Shown here: positions 60,749 to 64,000 of the stretch, in pieces
Position numbering within the stretch: position 1 is the stretch's first letter
Layout: each line of letters opens with the position of its first letter
Origin: Amoebidium appalachense
Lineage: Eukaryota; Protista; Ichthyosporea
DNA length: 64,000 bases
Assembly (NCBI GenBank): GCA_963693365.1
Contig: CAVNZM010000009.1
Span: 7,036,171 to 7,100,170, forward strand
Direction of reading: 5' to 3'
Notes under the pieces: generated by a model
The model's input: only the letters and a program-made list of their open reading frames with translations
Told to the model about the DNA's origin: nothing
Database searches by the model: none
Position numbers and translations under genes: made by a program

Positions 60749-62147
60749 GCGAAATAAATAAAAATAAAGTGCGCTCTTCAAAGTTTGCACTGTGCCTATA
60801 TGAAACAAAGAGTGTTATGTTGTGTGTGGGCAAGTGATTTTGTCTGCTTCCCTTCCTGGGAGTGAAACATTAGCTGATGTTGGGTTTGGGTGAATAGGAA
60901 AATATATACACCTTATCCACATGAATAAGAAGCGTTGGAAATAGTTTGACAAGTAATAAACAAGGGGAGGGGAAAGGCGTTTTCTTGGTAGCAATAATAC
61001 TTCAGAGACGATACTACACAACAGAATCACTGCATACAGCATGCCATGTTTCGGCTCGACAAACTGACAACGGGAATGCTTGGAGCACGTTGGGTGGGGC
61101 TGAAGAATGCAGTTTAGTGGCACGGTTATCCATAGGTATAACAACAAATGATATTAAAAAGTTTTAAAGATCCTATAAATCATAAGGAGCGAAAATGTAC
61201 AGCTAGAACTTTATATACAAAAATGTATTGGTAGTTGGGAGCGGCATGCTATTTCTGCGACTGCCTTGACCGCAAGAGAGGGGGTAAATTCCTTATCGTG
61301 ATGAAAGTACTGGTCCCTTGGCGGGTTGGCGGGCACAGTTCAAAGTTTTCCTAGCCTCGAACGTTTTATGTTTACTAAAACACAGAATGCAAAGTGTTTG
61401 AGCTTATTATCTGAAAAAAAAAGATACCCTTGATAGCGTGGAGTATGCTTTATCATGACGACGGTCGCTTCGAACTTTCTTGTAGCATAAGCACTTTGGA
61501 CTTCCGGAAGCAGGCTGACCTTTTTTAGCCAATCAGACGCAGCTGCATCCCGGGGACGGGCTCCTCGGCCCGGACTATCATATGTGAGGCAGGCTAAAAG
61601 ACTGCATAAAAATAACAACAAGGTAGTTATTAGTTATTAATTAAATTTTTTTAAGAAAGAACAGAAAAACAGCTCACTTAAGGCCATTGGGACTCGAGTG
61701 ATAAAACAACCAAGAACGGCGGTGCATATACCGGGGGGCATAAAATGATGGCTTCGGGATGCTCATCTAAATGGATAAAGGTCACGTATTAGTTTAACCG
61801 CATTCCAGCTATCGGTCTTTCGGTTCAGCCGTGAGGCAGATGCAGCCCCGGTGACTTCAATCAACGACGGGTGCATATAATTGGATAACAGCAACTTATG
61901 TTAGCAATGGCGAAGCTCGGCCGCGGAGACTCTGCCAGTCTATTTCCTTCCAAATCCCTACACGCATGAAAGATGTATCGAACCGTACGTTCATAGAGGA
62001 ATACGTGTTATATTTACGTCTGGTAACTAATATAAGATGAAGTAGATCTAAGGTAAACTTGTGAGCAAGCACATCGTCTCCTCTGATGATATCGGAACGA
62101 TCCCAGCTCGAGCTCAGTGCAGTAGGTATATACACAAGTGAGTGTAC

Positions 62148-62380
62148 ATGTGCCACATGTGCACTGCTCTTTAATTGTTCACGCATGAGCCACATGTGCA
62201 CTGCTCTTTAGCTGTTATGTATGTAGTCACGGATGCTCTTCATGTGCACTGCTCTTTAGTTGTAGTCACGCATGTGCCACATGTGCACTGCTCTTCAGTT
62301 GTAGTAGTCACGTGTACGCCTGAGCCACCACATGTACACTGCTCTTTAGTTGTTGTAGTCTTGCATGTGCCACATGCGCA
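62148..62380 (+). repeat. Tandem minisatellite, ~6 units of 37-48 bp (catgtgccacatgtgcactgctctttagttgtagtcacg)
   Basis: catgtRcactgctcttYa recurs at ~62156, 62192, 62241, 62280 and 62331. Confidence 0.8.
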
Positions 62381-62434
62381 TTATGCAGGCTCATGAGTTG
62401 GTCACTTAAGAGCAAGGACGGTACTACTGCACAG

Positions 62435-62890
62435 GATTTCCCGCATATGACTAAGTCCCCCTCATTCGACCAACACGTATTTACGTTCTTGAACTGATCA
62501 ATCAACTCACTGCTTGTCAAATAAATTTGAAGGCAGTAATTTAAATGGGATCGCCGGTTGATGCAAACGGGGCTTCAATGCATCCAGCCACTATGCAGGT
62601 CTTTGCATGCATTACCCGGGTTGAAGTTGACAATGCTTCAGGTATTTTACTTCCAAGCGCAGAAGCCGTCAGGGTTTCCCGCATATAGCTCAGTCCCCCT
62701 CGTTACCACCGATTTCCCTTCTTGAACATTAATGAGCGCACTGCTTGTCAAATAAATTTGAAGGGAGTAAAGGGATTGCCGGTTGATGTCAACGGGGATT
62801 CAATGCATCCAGCCACTGGTTCTGCATGCATTACCCGGGTTGGAGTTGAAAAATGCTTTAGGTGCTTTACTTCAAAGCGCAGAAGCCGAG
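62435..62890 (+). repeat. Direct duplication with ~235 bp period
   Basis: cactgcttgtcaaataaatttgaagg...caatgcatccagccact...tgcatgcattacccgggttg...aagcgcagaagccg at 62508-62668 and 62739-62888. Confidence 0.8.
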
Positions 62891-62989
62891 TGCCACGCAC
62901 CTCTCGTGCATGTTGTGGAGCCAAGGAAAGGAATCTGCCATAAAGTTGGAGCCGTGCAGCTCTCTGCAGGCAGACAAAATACATAAACG

Positions 62990-63030
<41 letters not shown>

Positions 63031-63308
63031 CATAGATGTGTCAGTTAGCACGTTGATCGGCTTTACTGAGTCCCCTGCATATTTCTTCTGCCCCACCTTT
63101 ACATAGGCAAGCTTTCAGTTGCGCACACCGGAAAGTAGGTGCATTTACTATTCTTTTGCCACACGCAGTAGATTGTGGATATATGTTCTAAAACTTATTC
63201 TTATATAGCATACTTAGCAGACACTATTATTGCAAACATACCGTATCCCCCTAATAAAGCTAGTATTGGGACAAAAGGCGAGATGCAAAATCAACATACA
63301 CAGAGTGT

Positions 63309-63488
63309 TTACACGTTAAGTTCTGCATACGAGGGGCTACCCTCCTCTGGTTCCGCCTTCTTCTTTCGGAGGTAGGCGAGGGTGTTTTGGAAGTGGCGGT
63401 TGATCTGTTCATACTCTTCACTGTTGTCTACGTTGGCCATGTTCGTGTTGATGAGATCAATCAGCCCGGACAGGTAACGTATGGTCAC
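63309..63488 (-). CDS. VPS35: Retromer subunit VPS35, terminal coding exon (rest of gene beyond the window)
   Basis: After the ...catcag acceptor: [44 protein letters not shown]...YAELNV*. This matches the VPS35 C-terminus pattern (VTI..L..LI..I......SEE.EQIN.HF.NTL..LR). Confidence 0.85.
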   Translation of the reverse strand: MTIRYLSGLIDLINTNMANVDNSEEYEQINRHFQNTLAYLRKKKAEPEEGSPSYAELNV

Positions 63489-63504
63489 CTGATGATGGGT
63501 GGGC

Positions 63505-63596
<92 letters not shown>

Positions 63597-64000
63597 GTGT
63601 ATGGGGGGGGTGGGGATGGCAGGGAGGGGGGGAGCGGGGACGGGTGGGCATGTGTGTGTGTGTGTGTGCGTGTGTGTGTGTGTGCGCGCGCACGCCCGTG
63701 TGTGTGTGTGTGTGTTGGGGAGAGGGGGTTGATGCATAAATTTTAGCGAGACAGAAGGTGATATTCGACAGAGAGTGAGGGGGAGGGCTCAGAGTAGCAC
63801 CCAGCATGCACAGGCTCAGCACTAGCAAACCCCTATCTCCCTCCTGGCGGGAGGGGGAGGAGGGGGAAGGGGCGGGGATAGGGGAGAGGGGGGGAGGGGG
63901 GGGGAGGGGGGGGGGGGGGAGAGGGATTGTTGTTTACTAGCAACAGTGTGTATGCATGTGCTTGTCTCAATGTGTATAAATAAATAACAGAATTCAATTC

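Noticed and set aside
62148-62380. CRISPR-like repeat/spacer appearance
   Set aside because: Linkers are short and related to each other, the context is eukaryotic, and there are no cas genes; it is a minisatellite.

Overview
Eukaryotic genomic DNA, probably from an intron-rich unicellular opisthokont or holozoan (inference). The non-coding space is saturated with poly-G/poly-C runs and (GT)n/(CA)n microsatellites, and these generate almost all of the supplied ORFs as artefacts. Genes supported: the last exon of proteasome lid subunit Rpn12/PSMD8 (+); two convergent, intronless POT/PTR peptide-transporter paralogues; a 24-coding-exon NAA15 gene (-, 17711-40603) that I spliced by hand with GT-AG sites and consistent phases; an intronless helical-repeat protein, probably mitochondrial; an 11-finger C2H2 gene split by one extra base in a homopolymer; a single-finger Pro-rich C2H2 gene; and the last exon of VPS35 (-). 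Most notable: (1) a ~110-180 bp element with at least 11 copies, all co-oriented, spread over 10 different NAA15 introns, with a fixed poly-C-abutting end and C/D-box-like motifs in its longest copies; (2) a splice-site architecture in which (CA)n replaces the polypyrimidine tract and poly-C or (GT)n directly follows donors; (3) decaying 'echo' copies of exon-intron junctions beside real exons; (4) ~600 bp TTAA-type MITE/fold-back insertions whose empty sites survive in neighbouring duplicates.
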